Shown: in pieces, positions 25,236-34,180 of the stretch
Numbering within the stretch: the stretch's first letter is position 1
How the letters are laid out: every line of letters begins with the position of its first letter
IMG/VR virus record: IMGVR_UViG_3300024520_000084
Location: 1-57,823 of that record
DNA from: a virus
Taxonomy: Duplodnaviria; Caudoviricetes
DNA length: 57,823 nucleotides
Strand: one strand, 5' to 3'
Position numbers and translations under genes: made by a program
The notes under the pieces: model-generated
Database searches by the model: none
What the model saw: only the letters and a program-made list of their open reading frames with translations
Told to the model about the DNA's origin: nothing

Positions 25236-25690
25236 CCAAAACCTTATACGTGCCCGACCACGTTGCAGCGTCGGAAAATGCCGCAGTAGCTTCTGCGTAT
25301 GTTGAAAAGAATCAAAAAGTTTTAGATCCCTCCCTTGTAGGAAAAAAGCTTAAAGAACGTCTCCCACAACCGACAGGTTGGCGTCTGTTAGTTATGCCAT
25401 ACATGGGGAAAGCGATGACAGAAGGTGGTGTTCACATCCCAGACGCCGTCATAGACCGTGAGGCTCTAGCCACGGTTGTTGCTTATGTTCTCCGGGTAGG
25501 ACCCTTGGCTTATAAAGATAAAGCTAAGTTTGGGGAAGTACCGCTACCGTGGTGCGAGGAAGGCGATTGGGTTTGCATAGGACGTTATGCCGGTGCTCGA
25601 TTTAAAATTGATGGGGGCGAAGTCCGCATTATAAATGATGATGAAGTTATCGCAAGAATTTTAGAGCCCGACGACATAAAGCATGTTTAA
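25232..25690 (+). CDS. groES: GroES-like co-chaperonin (Cpn10)
   Basis: P.GWRLLV, TEGGVHIPD mobile loop, VLRVGP, GDWV...RYAG, RIINDDEV. Confidence 0.85.
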   Translation: MTKTLYVPDHVAASENAAVASAYVEKNQKVLDPSLVGKKLKERLPQPTGWRLLVMPYMGKAMTEGGVHIPDAVIDREALATVVAYVLRVGPLAYKDKAKFGEVPLPWCEEGDWVCIGRYAGARFKIDGGEVRIINDDEVIARILEPDDIKHV

Positions 25691-25723
25691 CCAGAAAGAA
25701 GAAAGAAACCATGGAGAAAAGCC

Positions 25724-26596
25724 ATGCCACCTGATTTAGATGAAGCCACCATTGATGTTGGCGATGAGGAAGAAAAATCTACGGACGTTAGACTTTCTTC
25801 TGAAGAGGAAACTTCAGAAGTAGTTGAACCTTTAGAAAAAGCTAGTGCCTCTAATGAGGAACTTGAAGAATATAGCTCTAATGTAAAAGGTAGGATTAAT
25901 GATCTTACCAAGCGTTTTAGAGAGGAAGAACGTCAAAAGCAGACAGCAATAGAGTTTGCCGAGAATGTTCGCAAAGAGAATGAGAACTTAAAAACCCGTC
26001 TTGATAACCTGGATAAAGGGTATATTGAGCAATTTGAGGGTAGAGTTGATTCTCAACTGGATTCTGCAAAGAGATCTTTAAAAGAAGCCCACGAAGTAGG
26101 TGATGTTGATAAAATTGTGGAAGCTCAAGAAGCTCTTTCACAACTTTCGGTAGAAAGATCTAGAGTGAATGTGGCTAAAACTCCGCCACCTGCGGCTCCT
26201 CAGCCTGCGGCTCCGCCACCTGCGGCTCCTCAGCCTCCGGTTCAAGCAGACCCTAAAGCAGAGAAATGGGCCTCTAAAAATGACTGGTTTGGTGAAGATG
26301 AGGTTATGACATATGCCGCTTTTGGGCTTCACAGACGTTTAATTGAGGATGAAGGCTTTGACCCTACCTCAAATGACTACTACGATGAACTTGACAAACG
26401 AATGAGAAACGAATTTCCTCAGAAATTCGAATCTAATTCTAGGTCTAACGGGGGAAGAAAAGTCGCGTCGGCTGAATCTTCCAAATCCCGCAATAGAAGT
26501 GGACGAAAAACTGTGCGGTTAACCGCCTCACAAGTTGCTATTGCGAAGAGGCTTAATGTGCCACTTGAAGAATATGCAAAATATGTGAGGGACTAA
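25724..26596 (+). CDS. Capsid scaffolding protein
   Basis: Acidic coiled coil, WASKNDWF, terminal LT.SQVAIAKRL.VP.EEYAK. Confidence 0.75.
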   Translation: MPPDLDEATIDVGDEEEKSTDVRLSSEEETSEVVEPLEKASASNEELEEYSSNVKGRINDLTKRFREEERQKQTAIEFAENVRKENENLKTRLDNLDKGYIEQFEGRVDSQLDSAKRSLKEAHEVGDVDKIVEAQEALSQLSVERSRVNVAKTPPPAAPQPAAPPPAAPQPPVQADPKAEKWASKNDWFGEDEVMTYAAFGLHRRLIEDEGFDPTSNDYYDELDKRMRNEFPQKFESNSRSNGGRKVASAESSKSRNRSGRKTVRLTASQVAIAKRLNVPLEEYAKYVRD

Positions 26597-26598
26597 CC

Positions 26599-27084
26599 AT
26601 GACTACTGAGAACACAACTCGCCAAGAGTCTACGAGAACGCCAAGAGCCAATCAAACTCGTGCAAGGCAAGCACGCAGGGAACCTTGGAAGCCACCGTCC
26701 ATGTTGGACGCGCCACCCCCTCCAGAGGGTTACAAACATCGTTGGATACGGGCCGAAGTTATGGGTTTTGATGACCGTAAAAACGTAGCAGCACGCTCCC
26801 GTGAAGGTTGGGAACTGGTACGTGGTGATGAATACCCCGATTTCGATATTCCGACCATCGATGATGGTAAGCACGCTGGTGTTATAGGTGTAGGTGGTCT
26901 TTTACTTGCAAGAGTTCCGGTTGAGATTGTTGAGGAACGTAACGATTATTATCGAAACATGACTCTCAATCAAATGGCGGCGGTTGATAACGACTTAGCT
27001 CGTGAGCAACATCCCGCTATGCCTATTAGTAAGCCTGATAGGCAATCTCGTGTAACTTTTGGAGGTCCTGAAAATCAGGACTAG
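26599..27084 (+). CDS. Conserved head-module protein
   Basis: W.PPS.L.AP, HRWIR, REGWE, GVGGLLLA. Confidence 0.7.
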   Translation: MTTENTTRQESTRTPRANQTRARQARREPWKPPSMLDAPPPPEGYKHRWIRAEVMGFDDRKNVAARSREGWELVRGDEYPDFDIPTIDDGKHAGVIGVGGLLLARVPVEIVEERNDYYRNMTLNQMAAVDNDLAREQHPAMPISKPDRQSRVTFGGPENQD

Positions 27085-27093
27085 GAGAAGAAA

Positions 27094-27738
27094 ATGGCTA
27101 ATTCTAATGGAAGCTTTGGTCTTCGTCCCTTGAGCAAACAGGGCGGAGCCGCTAATTCCACTGGTATGACCCAATACTCCGCGTATGAAATTGCAAACGG
27201 CAATACCAGCAAGTTTTATCATGGCGAACCCGTGATACCTCTTTCTACTGGCTATATTGACGTGCCTGGTGCAGCAGCTGGTGGAACAGTTGGTATGCTT
27301 GGCGTATTTCAGGGTTGTGAGTATGTGTCTAGTACCACTGGAAAAACTGTTTGGAGTAACTACTGGCCCGGTTCTGGGGCAGATTCCAATCACCCGGTAA
27401 AAGCGTTTGTCAATGATGATCCAATGCAGCTTTATGTAATTGCAACGGATGCTTCGTGGACAAGTAAAGCTACGGCTCGTGCCGCAGTTTTTGCTAACGC
27501 TAACTTCTCAACTACTATCACAGGAACAGACGCCACTGGTGTTTCGTTAGGTCGCCTTGCGATCAGTACGATTGCTACCACGGCTGCTCTGCAAATGCGT
27601 ATTGTAGGTTGGGTTGACGATCCAGAGAACGCTGATTTTTCGGCGGCTGGTATCGGGGCAATTGTACGGTTGAATAACCACTTCAATAGCAACAATGGTG
27701 CTATTGCAGCTGGTACTCCTTCAACCACTGGCGTATAG
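27094..27738 (+). CDS. Putative capsid decoration/minor structural protein
   Basis: MAN...FGLRP start, beta-rich, directly before major capsid gene. Confidence 0.65.
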   Translation: MANSNGSFGLRPLSKQGGAANSTGMTQYSAYEIANGNTSKFYHGEPVIPLSTGYIDVPGAAAGGTVGMLGVFQGCEYVSSTTGKTVWSNYWPGSGADSNHPVKAFVNDDPMQLYVIATDASWTSKATARAAVFANANFSTTITGTDATGVSLGRLAISTIATTAALQMRIVGWVDDPENADFSAAGIGAIVRLNNHFNSNNGAIAAGTPSTTGV

Positions 27739-27750
27739 GAGGATTGAAAA

Positions 27751-28659
27751 ATGGCTATTAGTAGAGCCCAACTAGCGAAAGAGCTAGAACCTGGCCTCAA
27801 TGCCCTTTTCGGTCTTGAGTATGCCAGATACGACAACGAATCAGCTGAGATTTATGACACCGAATCTTCAGAGCGTGCCTTTGAAGAAGAAGTCATGCTC
27901 TCTGGCTTTGGTTCAGCCCCAGTGAAAGCTGAAGGTTCAGCCATTTCGTTTGATGATGCCCAAGAAGCGTACACCGCAAGGTATACGCATGAGACTATCG
28001 CGCTTGCTTTCTCCATTACGGAAGAAGCAATTGAGGATAATCTCTATGATCGTCTGGCTTCGCGCTATACGAAAGCTTTGGCACGCAGCATGGCCAACAC
28101 CAAACAGGTGAAGGGTGCAGCTACGTTGAACAATGCTTTTGATAGCACGTTTACTGGCGGTGATGGCAAAGAGCTTTGTGCAACGGATCACCCTCTTGTT
28201 AATAACAATGATCTTCGCAACGAGCCCAGTACAGCTGCTGACCTGAACGAAACCAGCCTTGAGAATGCTCTTATTGACATCGCAGCGTTTGTCGATGAGC
28301 GCGGCCTGAAGGTTTCGGTTCGTGGAGAAAAACTGATTGTTCCGCCAGCGTTACAGTTTGTGGCGGATCGTCTGCTTGAATCCACTCTTCGTCCGGGAAC
28401 GGCTGATAATGACGTTAACGCTTCGCGGAACATGGGTATGCTCCCGCAGGGTTATGTCGTTAACCACTATCTGACAGACACGGATGCTTGGTTTATTAAA
28501 ACCGACGCTCCTCGCGGTTTCGTTCATTTTGAACGGATGGCAATGTCTACTAAGATGGAAGGCGATTTCGATACAGGCAATGTACGATTCAAAGCCCGTG
28601 AGCGTTATAGCTACGGTTACTCTGATCCACGTTGTGTGTTCGGTTCACCTGGCGCGTAA
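27751..28659 (+). CDS. Major capsid protein (Mu gpT-like, HK97 fold)
   Basis: MAISRAQL.KELEPGL, EEAIEDNLY, KARERYS.G.SDPR; GGAGG RBS. Confidence 0.92.
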   Translation: MAISRAQLAKELEPGLNALFGLEYARYDNESAEIYDTESSERAFEEEVMLSGFGSAPVKAEGSAISFDDAQEAYTARYTHETIALAFSITEEAIEDNLYDRLASRYTKALARSMANTKQVKGAATLNNAFDSTFTGGDGKELCATDHPLVNNNDLRNEPSTAADLNETSLENALIDIAAFVDERGLKVSVRGEKLIVPPALQFVADRLLESTLRPGTADNDVNASRNMGMLPQGYVVNHYLTDTDAWFIKTDAPRGFVHFERMAMSTKMEGDFDTGNVRFKARERYSYGYSDPRCVFGSPGA

Positions 28660-28664
28660 GACTA

Positions 28665-28698
28665 TGGGGGAGGGGGCAACTCCTCCCCCACCTTATTT
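28665..28698 (+). terminator. Hairpin/terminator after capsid gene
   Basis: TGGGGGAGG...CCTCCCCCA stem with weak U-tract. Confidence 0.6.
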
Positions 28699-28771
28699 CT
28701 GGGAATCATAGCCCTAGCGACTGTCCCAGCAGACGCTTACGAAGACTCTAGGGCCTATCTCTCGTAAGGAG
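28699..28771 (+). ncRNA. Putative interlocked pseudoknot leader RNA
   Basis: Three perfect crossing helices (6, 7 and 7 bp); the last overlaps the RBS. Confidence 0.5.
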
Positions 28772-28780
28772 AAACTCAAG

Positions 28781-29338
28781 ATGGCTAATACAACTTTTAA
28801 TGGTCCCGTTAGATCTGAAAACGGTTTTGAGCAAATTTCTGTTGCTTCGGGAACAGGCACAGTCACCACGAACCTTGATGTAGATAGCAGCGGTAATTTA
28901 GTTACTACTGGTTATGTTTCTGCGTATGACAATGTAGTCTCGATCACAGACGCTACTTACAGCGTCGAATCAACTCAGTCTGGTGCGGTTTTCGCCCTTA
29001 ACCGCGCAGCAGGTATTGTTGTTACGCTCCCAACAGCGGCGGCGGGTCTTCACTATACGTTTATTGTGGGAACTACTTTTACAGGTGCGGGGCAGATCAA
29101 CACGGACAATGCCAGCGATCTTTATTCTGGTTTTGCACAGCTTTTTGATCCGGCCACGGCTGGAGATACTAACACCTTCATCCCGGATGCAAGTAATGAT
29201 GACACCATTGATCTTGGTGCAGCGGCACAAGGGTGGTTGGTCGGCGGAATTATTCGTTTAAAGGCAACCACGGCTGCTGTGTGGCATTGCGAAGCCTTCC
29301 TCCACGGTGATGGCACTTTAGCTACTCCGTTTGAATAA
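28781..29338 (+). CDS. Putative virion structural protein
   Basis: MANTTFNGPVRS start, TLP.AAAGL beta-rich domain. Confidence 0.7.
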   Translation: MANTTFNGPVRSENGFEQISVASGTGTVTTNLDVDSSGNLVTTGYVSAYDNVVSITDATYSVESTQSGAVFALNRAAGIVVTLPTAAAGLHYTFIVGTTFTGAGQINTDNASDLYSGFAQLFDPATAGDTNTFIPDASNDDTIDLGAAAQGWLVGGIIRLKATTAAVWHCEAFLHGDGTLATPFE

Positions 29339-29344
29339 GTAATG

Positions 29345-29372
29345 TTGGGGGGATTATTCCCCCCAATCTTTT
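29345..29372 (+). terminator. Rho-independent terminator
   Basis: TTGGGGGGA/TCCCCCCAA stem followed by TCTTTT. Confidence 0.75.
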
Positions 29373-29385
29373 AAAGGAGGATTAA

Positions 29386-29790
29386 ATGGCGGATGCTGTA
29401 ACTGCTACCACAGTAGAAGATGGTCCTAAAAAAGCTATTATCTATTGTACAAATACAAGCGATGGGTCAGGAGAGTCTGCTGTTACCAAGGTAGATGTGT
29501 CCGGGCTTTCATCTTTGCAGGATGGAACAGCCTGTACGGGTGTTCGGATCGAGAAGATTTCGTTCACAAATGTTGGTATGAGTGTTAAGATTCTTTGGAA
29601 CGCTTCTACAAATGTTATCGCAGCGGAACTTCCTGCCGATTATTCTGATACTATTGATTACTCTTCTATTAGCGGTCTCCCAAATGTTGCAGCTTCTGGC
29701 GGTAATACAGGGGATATCAAATTTACAACCGTGGGACATGGAAGTGGGGATACTTATTCAATAGTTCTTTATTGTCTGAAACAGTATTAA
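29386..29790 (+). CDS. Putative virion structural protein
   Basis: MADAVT...DG.GESAV.KVDVS...GDI.FTT. Confidence 0.7.
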   Translation: MADAVTATTVEDGPKKAIIYCTNTSDGSGESAVTKVDVSGLSSLQDGTACTGVRIEKISFTNVGMSVKILWNASTNVIAAELPADYSDTIDYSSISGLPNVAASGGNTGDIKFTTVGHGSGDTYSIVLYCLKQY

Positions 29791-29792
29791 TC

Positions 29793-30005
29793 ATGGTTGA
29801 AGATCTTCAAAGAAAGAACGAACTTGATCTGATTAAGATTCAAGGGGAAATAAGGCTTCTTTCTGAGAGGATCGACGTTATAAAGAATAATGACCTATAT
29901 CATGTGCAAAAATCATTAGATTTAATAACTAAGATTTTGTGGGGTGTGGGTGTATTAGTAATAGGACAGGTGGCTATCGCTGTAAGATTGTCCCTCTTCG
30001 GATAG
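29793..30005 (+). CDS. Small coiled-coil protein with C-terminal TM segment (XhlA-like)
   Basis: IKNNDLYH then a hydrophobic helix. Confidence 0.6.
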   Translation: MVEDLQRKNELDLIKIQGEIRLLSERIDVIKNNDLYHVQKSLDLITKILWGVGVLVIGQVAIAVRLSLFG

Positions 30006-30014
30006 GAATTAAAT

Positions 30015-30917
30015 ATGGCAACTTCTGGATCGGTTGATTTTAATCTTAATATGGCCGAAATAACAGAGGAGGCCTTTGAGAGATGTGGCCTCGAGCTTAG
30101 AACGGGCTACGACGCTAAAACGGCCCGAAGGTCTCTAAATCTTTTGTTTGCCGACTGGATTAACAGGGGACTTAATCTATGGACTGTGAACGAAGTTACA
30201 CAGACTTTAGCTCAACTTTCATCAACTTCCTCTATTACATCCTACCCTTTGGGAACTATAACGGCTACGGTAGGGGCCTCTACCAACCTCAGTGTTGGAG
30301 AAACCATTACAGGCGGAACTAGCAGTGTAACGGCCTCCGTTATTACAAAACCAAGCTCAACAACCATAACAGTAACAGTTCCATCAGGTGTTTTTACGTC
30401 TGGAGAGACCATTACAGGCAGTTCAAGTAGTGCTAGTACTACGATATCTGTAAGTCCTAGTTTGGCAGATGTTCAAGCGTCTGGGGATGTTCTTGAGGCG
30501 GTGGTGCGGCGAGATAGCGAAGATATTGCTATAACCAGAATTAGTAGGCAAGAGTATCTTAGTGTTCCTAAAAAGACTACTCAGGGAAGACCAACACAGT
30601 TTTATGTTGATCGTCAGATCACCCCAACAATATCGGTTTGGCCAGCCCCGGAAAACTCTACCGACTCTTTAATTTATTATCGAGTAAAAAAACTCCAAGA
30701 TGCGGACACCTCTGTAAATACTCCCGACATACCTTACCGTTTTTTACCGTGTATAGTTGCGGGGTTGGCTTATCAGATTTCTCTTAAAAGATCTCCAGAT
30801 CGAATACAGATGTTAAAGGCCATATATGAGGAAGAGTTTCTCAGAGCCTCATCAGAAGATATAGAGCACGGTATTCCGCTGCGGTTAGTGCCGACATATC
30901 AGTCTATGAGGGTCTGA
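30015..30917 (+). CDS. Head-tail adaptor/connector-like protein with S/T-rich insertion
   Basis: EEAFERCG, ARRSLNLL, GRPTQFY, WPAP, P.RFLP. Confidence 0.72.
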   Translation: MATSGSVDFNLNMAEITEEAFERCGLELRTGYDAKTARRSLNLLFADWINRGLNLWTVNEVTQTLAQLSSTSSITSYPLGTITATVGASTNLSVGETITGGTSSVTASVITKPSSTTITVTVPSGVFTSGETITGSSSSASTTISVSPSLADVQASGDVLEAVVRRDSEDIAITRISRQEYLSVPKKTTQGRPTQFYVDRQITPTISVWPAPENSTDSLIYYRVKKLQDADTSVNTPDIPYRFLPCIVAGLAYQISLKRSPDRIQMLKAIYEEEFLRASSEDIEHGIPLRLVPTYQSMRV

Positions 30918-30918
30918 T

Positions 30919-31422
30919 ATGCCAAGATATGCTTCTGGAAAATATGCTTTAGGAGTTTCTGACCGGTCTGGAAGAGCGTACCCTTTACATGAAATGGTTT
31001 TGGAGTGGAACGGATTATTAGTGGGGAGAGATGAGTTTGAATCAAAACAGCCTCAATTAGATCCGAAACACCATAGAACAGACCCTCAATCTTTAAAAAT
31101 TAGCCGGCCAGCCAGGGTGGAACCAGCAGTTACAGTTCTTTTGCCTTTTAATCCATTTAAGTCTGGGAACTCAGGAACATCTACTATTACGGTTAATGAA
31201 CCGGGACATGGAAGAAGTACCGGAGATACCGTTAGGTTTAGGACTGTAGCGAATTTTGATGGGTTTACAGAATCTGTTATTGAATCTTCAACCGGATATT
31301 CCATAACAAAAGTGACTGATGATACGTTTACCTTTACTGTCAGCGGTGAAACCGCAACAGTAGGGGATGTTAACGGAGGTGGAGGCGTTGCTTCCGCTGG
31401 CCCTGTAACGGTGAGTGCATAA
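30919..31422 (+). CDS. Virion protein
   Basis: YASGKYA..SDRSG, KQPQL, followed by HG.STGD.V.F domain. Confidence 0.68.
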   Translation: MPRYASGKYALGVSDRSGRAYPLHEMVLEWNGLLVGRDEFESKQPQLDPKHHRTDPQSLKISRPARVEPAVTVLLPFNPFKSGNSGTSTITVNEPGHGRSTGDTVRFRTVANFDGFTESVIESSTGYSITKVTDDTFTFTVSGETATVGDVNGGGGVASAGPVTVSA

Positions 31423-31423
31423 C

Positions 31424-32068
31424 ATGGCTTTTACTTTCACAACGTTAAAAACCTCTATTCAGGATTATACTGACAATGCAGAAAGTACTTTTGTCAGTCA
31501 ATTATCCAGGTTTATTATAAATGCTGAAGAACGTATTCTTAAAGAATGCCAACTAGATGATTTCCGTAAGAGTGTTGCCGGATCTGCCACCCAATCTATA
31601 AAGTTTCTTACGAAACCTACGGACTTTTTAGCACCTTTTTCATTAAGCGCGGTTAATAGTTCTTCTAACGAGTTTCTTGAGTACAAACACATAACTTTTT
31701 TACAGGATTATACCCCAGACCCGTCAACCACTGGAACTCCCGTTTATTATGCCAGTTGGGATGAAGACAGCTTTGTCCTGGCTCCTACACCGGACGCCAA
31801 TTATACAATGGAGCTTCATTACTTTTATCGTCCTCAATCAATAACAGCTTCGAGCGACGGGACAAGTTATCTTGGGACTAACGCAGAGTTGTGCTTGTTG
31901 TATGGGAGTCTGGTTGAAGCATATACGTTTATGAAGGGTGAACCTGATTTATTACAACTGTATAACGCACGGTTTATGGAATCGTTGCAATGGCTTAAAA
32001 ATCTTGGTGAGGCTGAACAGACGCATGACGAATACAGGTATGATACTGTAAGAAAGCCTCCTCAATGA
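31424..32068 (+). CDS. Tail tubular/adaptor protein
   Basis: FI.NAEERI, APTPD.NY..ELHY, LLYGSLVEA. Confidence 0.72.
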   Translation: MAFTFTTLKTSIQDYTDNAESTFVSQLSRFIINAEERILKECQLDDFRKSVAGSATQSIKFLTKPTDFLAPFSLSAVNSSSNEFLEYKHITFLQDYTPDPSTTGTPVYYASWDEDSFVLAPTPDANYTMELHYFYRPQSITASSDGTSYLGTNAELCLLYGSLVEAYTFMKGEPDLLQLYNARFMESLQWLKNLGEAEQTHDEYRYDTVRKPPQ

Positions 32069-32784
32069 CCGACGAAAACTTACATGTTGCTATCGTGGGC
32101 CTCGGCAACACTCAGGGGACTTTTACGTCCTCCATGGCGAACGGGAAGTCGTTTGATGAGGTGTGGGCTATCAACTCTATGATGGTTCCGATAAAGCATG
32201 ACCGTGTTTTTATGATGGACCCAGCTTCCCGGTTTCTGGATACGGAAAACGCAGGGCCGCAAACAGGAGCGATGCGAAAAGCTTTAGGGGACCATCCCGG
32301 ACCCATATACACCTGTACTTTAGATGATCGTGTTCCTGGTGCCGTTCTCTACCCCTTGGAGGAAATTGTCAAAGAGACGGGGCTTTGTTATTTTAATAAT
32401 ACTGTTCCATACGCTGTGGCTTTCGCTATTTACCATAAAGTCACCCATCTTTATCTTTACGGGATAGATTACTCGTATAAATCTAATCTTGTTATGGCAG
32501 AGGCTGGAAGGGCGTGCACAGAGTTTTGGATTTCAGTAGCCATTGCCCGTGGAATGCAGGTAGAGGTGGCGCATGATTCCACGCTTCTCGATACAAACGT
32601 GCCGGATGAAGAAAAGCTTTATGGATATCACCGGCTTGATGATCCTTTGGTTATGTCTGTTAAGGATGGCTGTCTAAGCGTTGCTAAACGATCAGAATCT
32701 TCTCCTCCAGAGCCGACAGACGAGCCAATCCTGTACGGCAGGCACGACAAGGTGGTTTTATTGAAAGAAGCCGTAAATGTTTGA
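32065..32784 (+). CDS. Putative glycosyltransferase-like (Cst-II/Maf-type Rossmann fold) protein
   Basis: VAIVGLG, EVWAIN, F.MD, NNTVPYAVAFA, LYGIDY. Confidence 0.55.
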   Translation: MTDENLHVAIVGLGNTQGTFTSSMANGKSFDEVWAINSMMVPIKHDRVFMMDPASRFLDTENAGPQTGAMRKALGDHPGPIYTCTLDDRVPGAVLYPLEEIVKETGLCYFNNTVPYAVAFAIYHKVTHLYLYGIDYSYKSNLVMAEAGRACTEFWISVAIARGMQVEVAHDSTLLDTNVPDEEKLYGYHRLDDPLVMSVKDGCLSVAKRSESSPPEPTDEPILYGRHDKVVLLKEAVNV

Positions 32785-33067
32785 TATAAGTGCTTCACTT
32801 TCTGTAGGCGACGTTGATGTAGTAACGACGGATAACAGGGGTCTTTCGGTGGAAGAGGCCGCTCAAATGGCTGTAAACAAGATACTTTATGTGTCTAAAG
32901 ATGCCCCAGAGCCCCTTCGAGAACAGGCAATATCCTTTAAAGATACAGTGCATGAGGTTATAGTCCATTACATGAGGTATGCTGTGGCTCAAGATAGGGC
33001 AACTATTGCGGCTAAGTTAAGAGAAGCGGGTCATCCTGAACTGGCAAAAGATTTAAGGAGTTTTTGA
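32777..33067 (+). CDS. Conserved hypothetical protein
   Basis: TT.NRG.S.EE, AP..REQA..FK. Confidence 0.7.
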   Translation: MFDISASLSVGDVDVVTTDNRGLSVEEAAQMAVNKILYVSKDAPEPLREQAISFKDTVHEVIVHYMRYAVAQDRATIAAKLREAGHPELAKDLRSF

Positions 33068-33068
33068 T

Positions 33069-33524
33069 ATGGCAATTACAACAGCGATGTGTACATCATT
33101 TAAGGGTGAGCTATTGTCTGCCACCCATGATTTTGATGCCTCTGGCGGAAACAGCTTTAAGCTGTCTTTATATGCCATAGGAAGTGGTGGAAAAAGTTCC
33201 ACTACGGCAACCTTGGGGGCGGCTACTACAGCTTTCACTACTACAGGGGAAGTTGCATCCAGTGGTAGCTACGTCACCGGGGGATCTGCATTAACTAATG
33301 TAAACCCTGCTACTTCAGGAACAACCGGATATACGGATTTTGCTGACCTTAGTTATACAACCGCTACTATTACAGCCAGAGGAGCCTTAATCTATAACGA
33401 TACGAATGGTGACAAGGCTGTCTGTGCGCTTGATTTCGGCGGAAACAAGACCAGCACTGCTGGTACGTTTACCATAGCGTTTCCTGCCGCCGCCGCTAGT
33501 ACGGCGATTATCAGGATTGCGTAG
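33069..33524 (+). CDS. Tail-associated structural protein
   Basis: AMCTSFK.EL, TITARGALIYN, LDFGG.KTS. Confidence 0.75.
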   Translation: MAITTAMCTSFKGELLSATHDFDASGGNSFKLSLYAIGSGGKSSTTATLGAATTAFTTTGEVASSGSYVTGGSALTNVNPATSGTTGYTDFADLSYTTATITARGALIYNDTNGDKAVCALDFGGNKTSTAGTFTIAFPAAAASTAIIRIA

Positions 33525-33535
33525 AGGACAATGCT

Positions 33536-34171
33536 TTGGCAAACATCAATGGCTGGGGAAGGGGTACTTGGAATGAGGGTGCGTGGAACTCTCCTCTTGC
33601 CGTCGATGTTACGGGCGTTGCGGGTACGGGTGCCGTTGGCACCGTTGTTATTACTCCCAGTATCACAGCTACTGTTACGGGCGTTGCGGGTACGGGCGGT
33701 GTCGGTTCGGTCACGGTTACAGGCACAAGCACGGTTACCCTTACGGGCGTTGCGGGAACAGGGGGTATTGGCTCCGTTACAGTTACCCCTAGTATCTCGG
33801 TTACCCCTACGGGCGTATCGGCTACGGGATCACTTGGAACAGTCACCCCTACGGCTGGCGCAAGCGTCACCCCAACGGGTGTCGCAGGAACAGGAGCCCT
33901 TGGCTCTGTTACTATCACGGGCAATGCGCCAAGTGTTGCGGTCACAGGCGTTGCGGGGACAGGAGAAATTGGCACTGTTACGCTTACGGGTAGCGCAAGT
34001 GTTGTTCCCACAGGCGTTGCTGGCACGGGCGGCACAGGAGAATCAAACGTCTGGAGTCTTATTGACGAGTCACAGACACCTAACTGGTCTGCGGTTGACG
34101 ATTCACAAACACCTAACTGGTCTGCGGTTGATGACTCTCAAACCCCAGATTGGACAGACATAGCGGCATAG
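33536..34171 (+). CDS. T/G/V-rich repeat virion protein
   Basis: About 9 x 18-aa TGVAGTG.(V/I/L)G.V repeats; GWGRGTW start; QTPNWSAVDDS-like x3 end. Confidence 0.75.
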   Translation: MANINGWGRGTWNEGAWNSPLAVDVTGVAGTGAVGTVVITPSITATVTGVAGTGGVGSVTVTGTSTVTLTGVAGTGGIGSVTVTPSISVTPTGVSATGSLGTVTPTAGASVTPTGVAGTGALGSVTITGNAPSVAVTGVAGTGEIGTVTLTGSASVVPTGVAGTGGTGESNVWSLIDESQTPNWSAVDDSQTPNWSAVDDSQTPDWTDIAA

Positions 34172-34180
34172 GAAAAGATT

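Noticed and set aside
26182-26238. 30-nt duplication in the scaffold gene
   Set aside because: In-frame Pro/Ala linker expansion; no evidence of regulatory function
33511-34163. Alternative-frame and antisense ORFs over the T/G/V repeat gene
   Set aside because: Open only because of repetitive stop-poor codons; the 33536 frame has the RBS and coherent repeats
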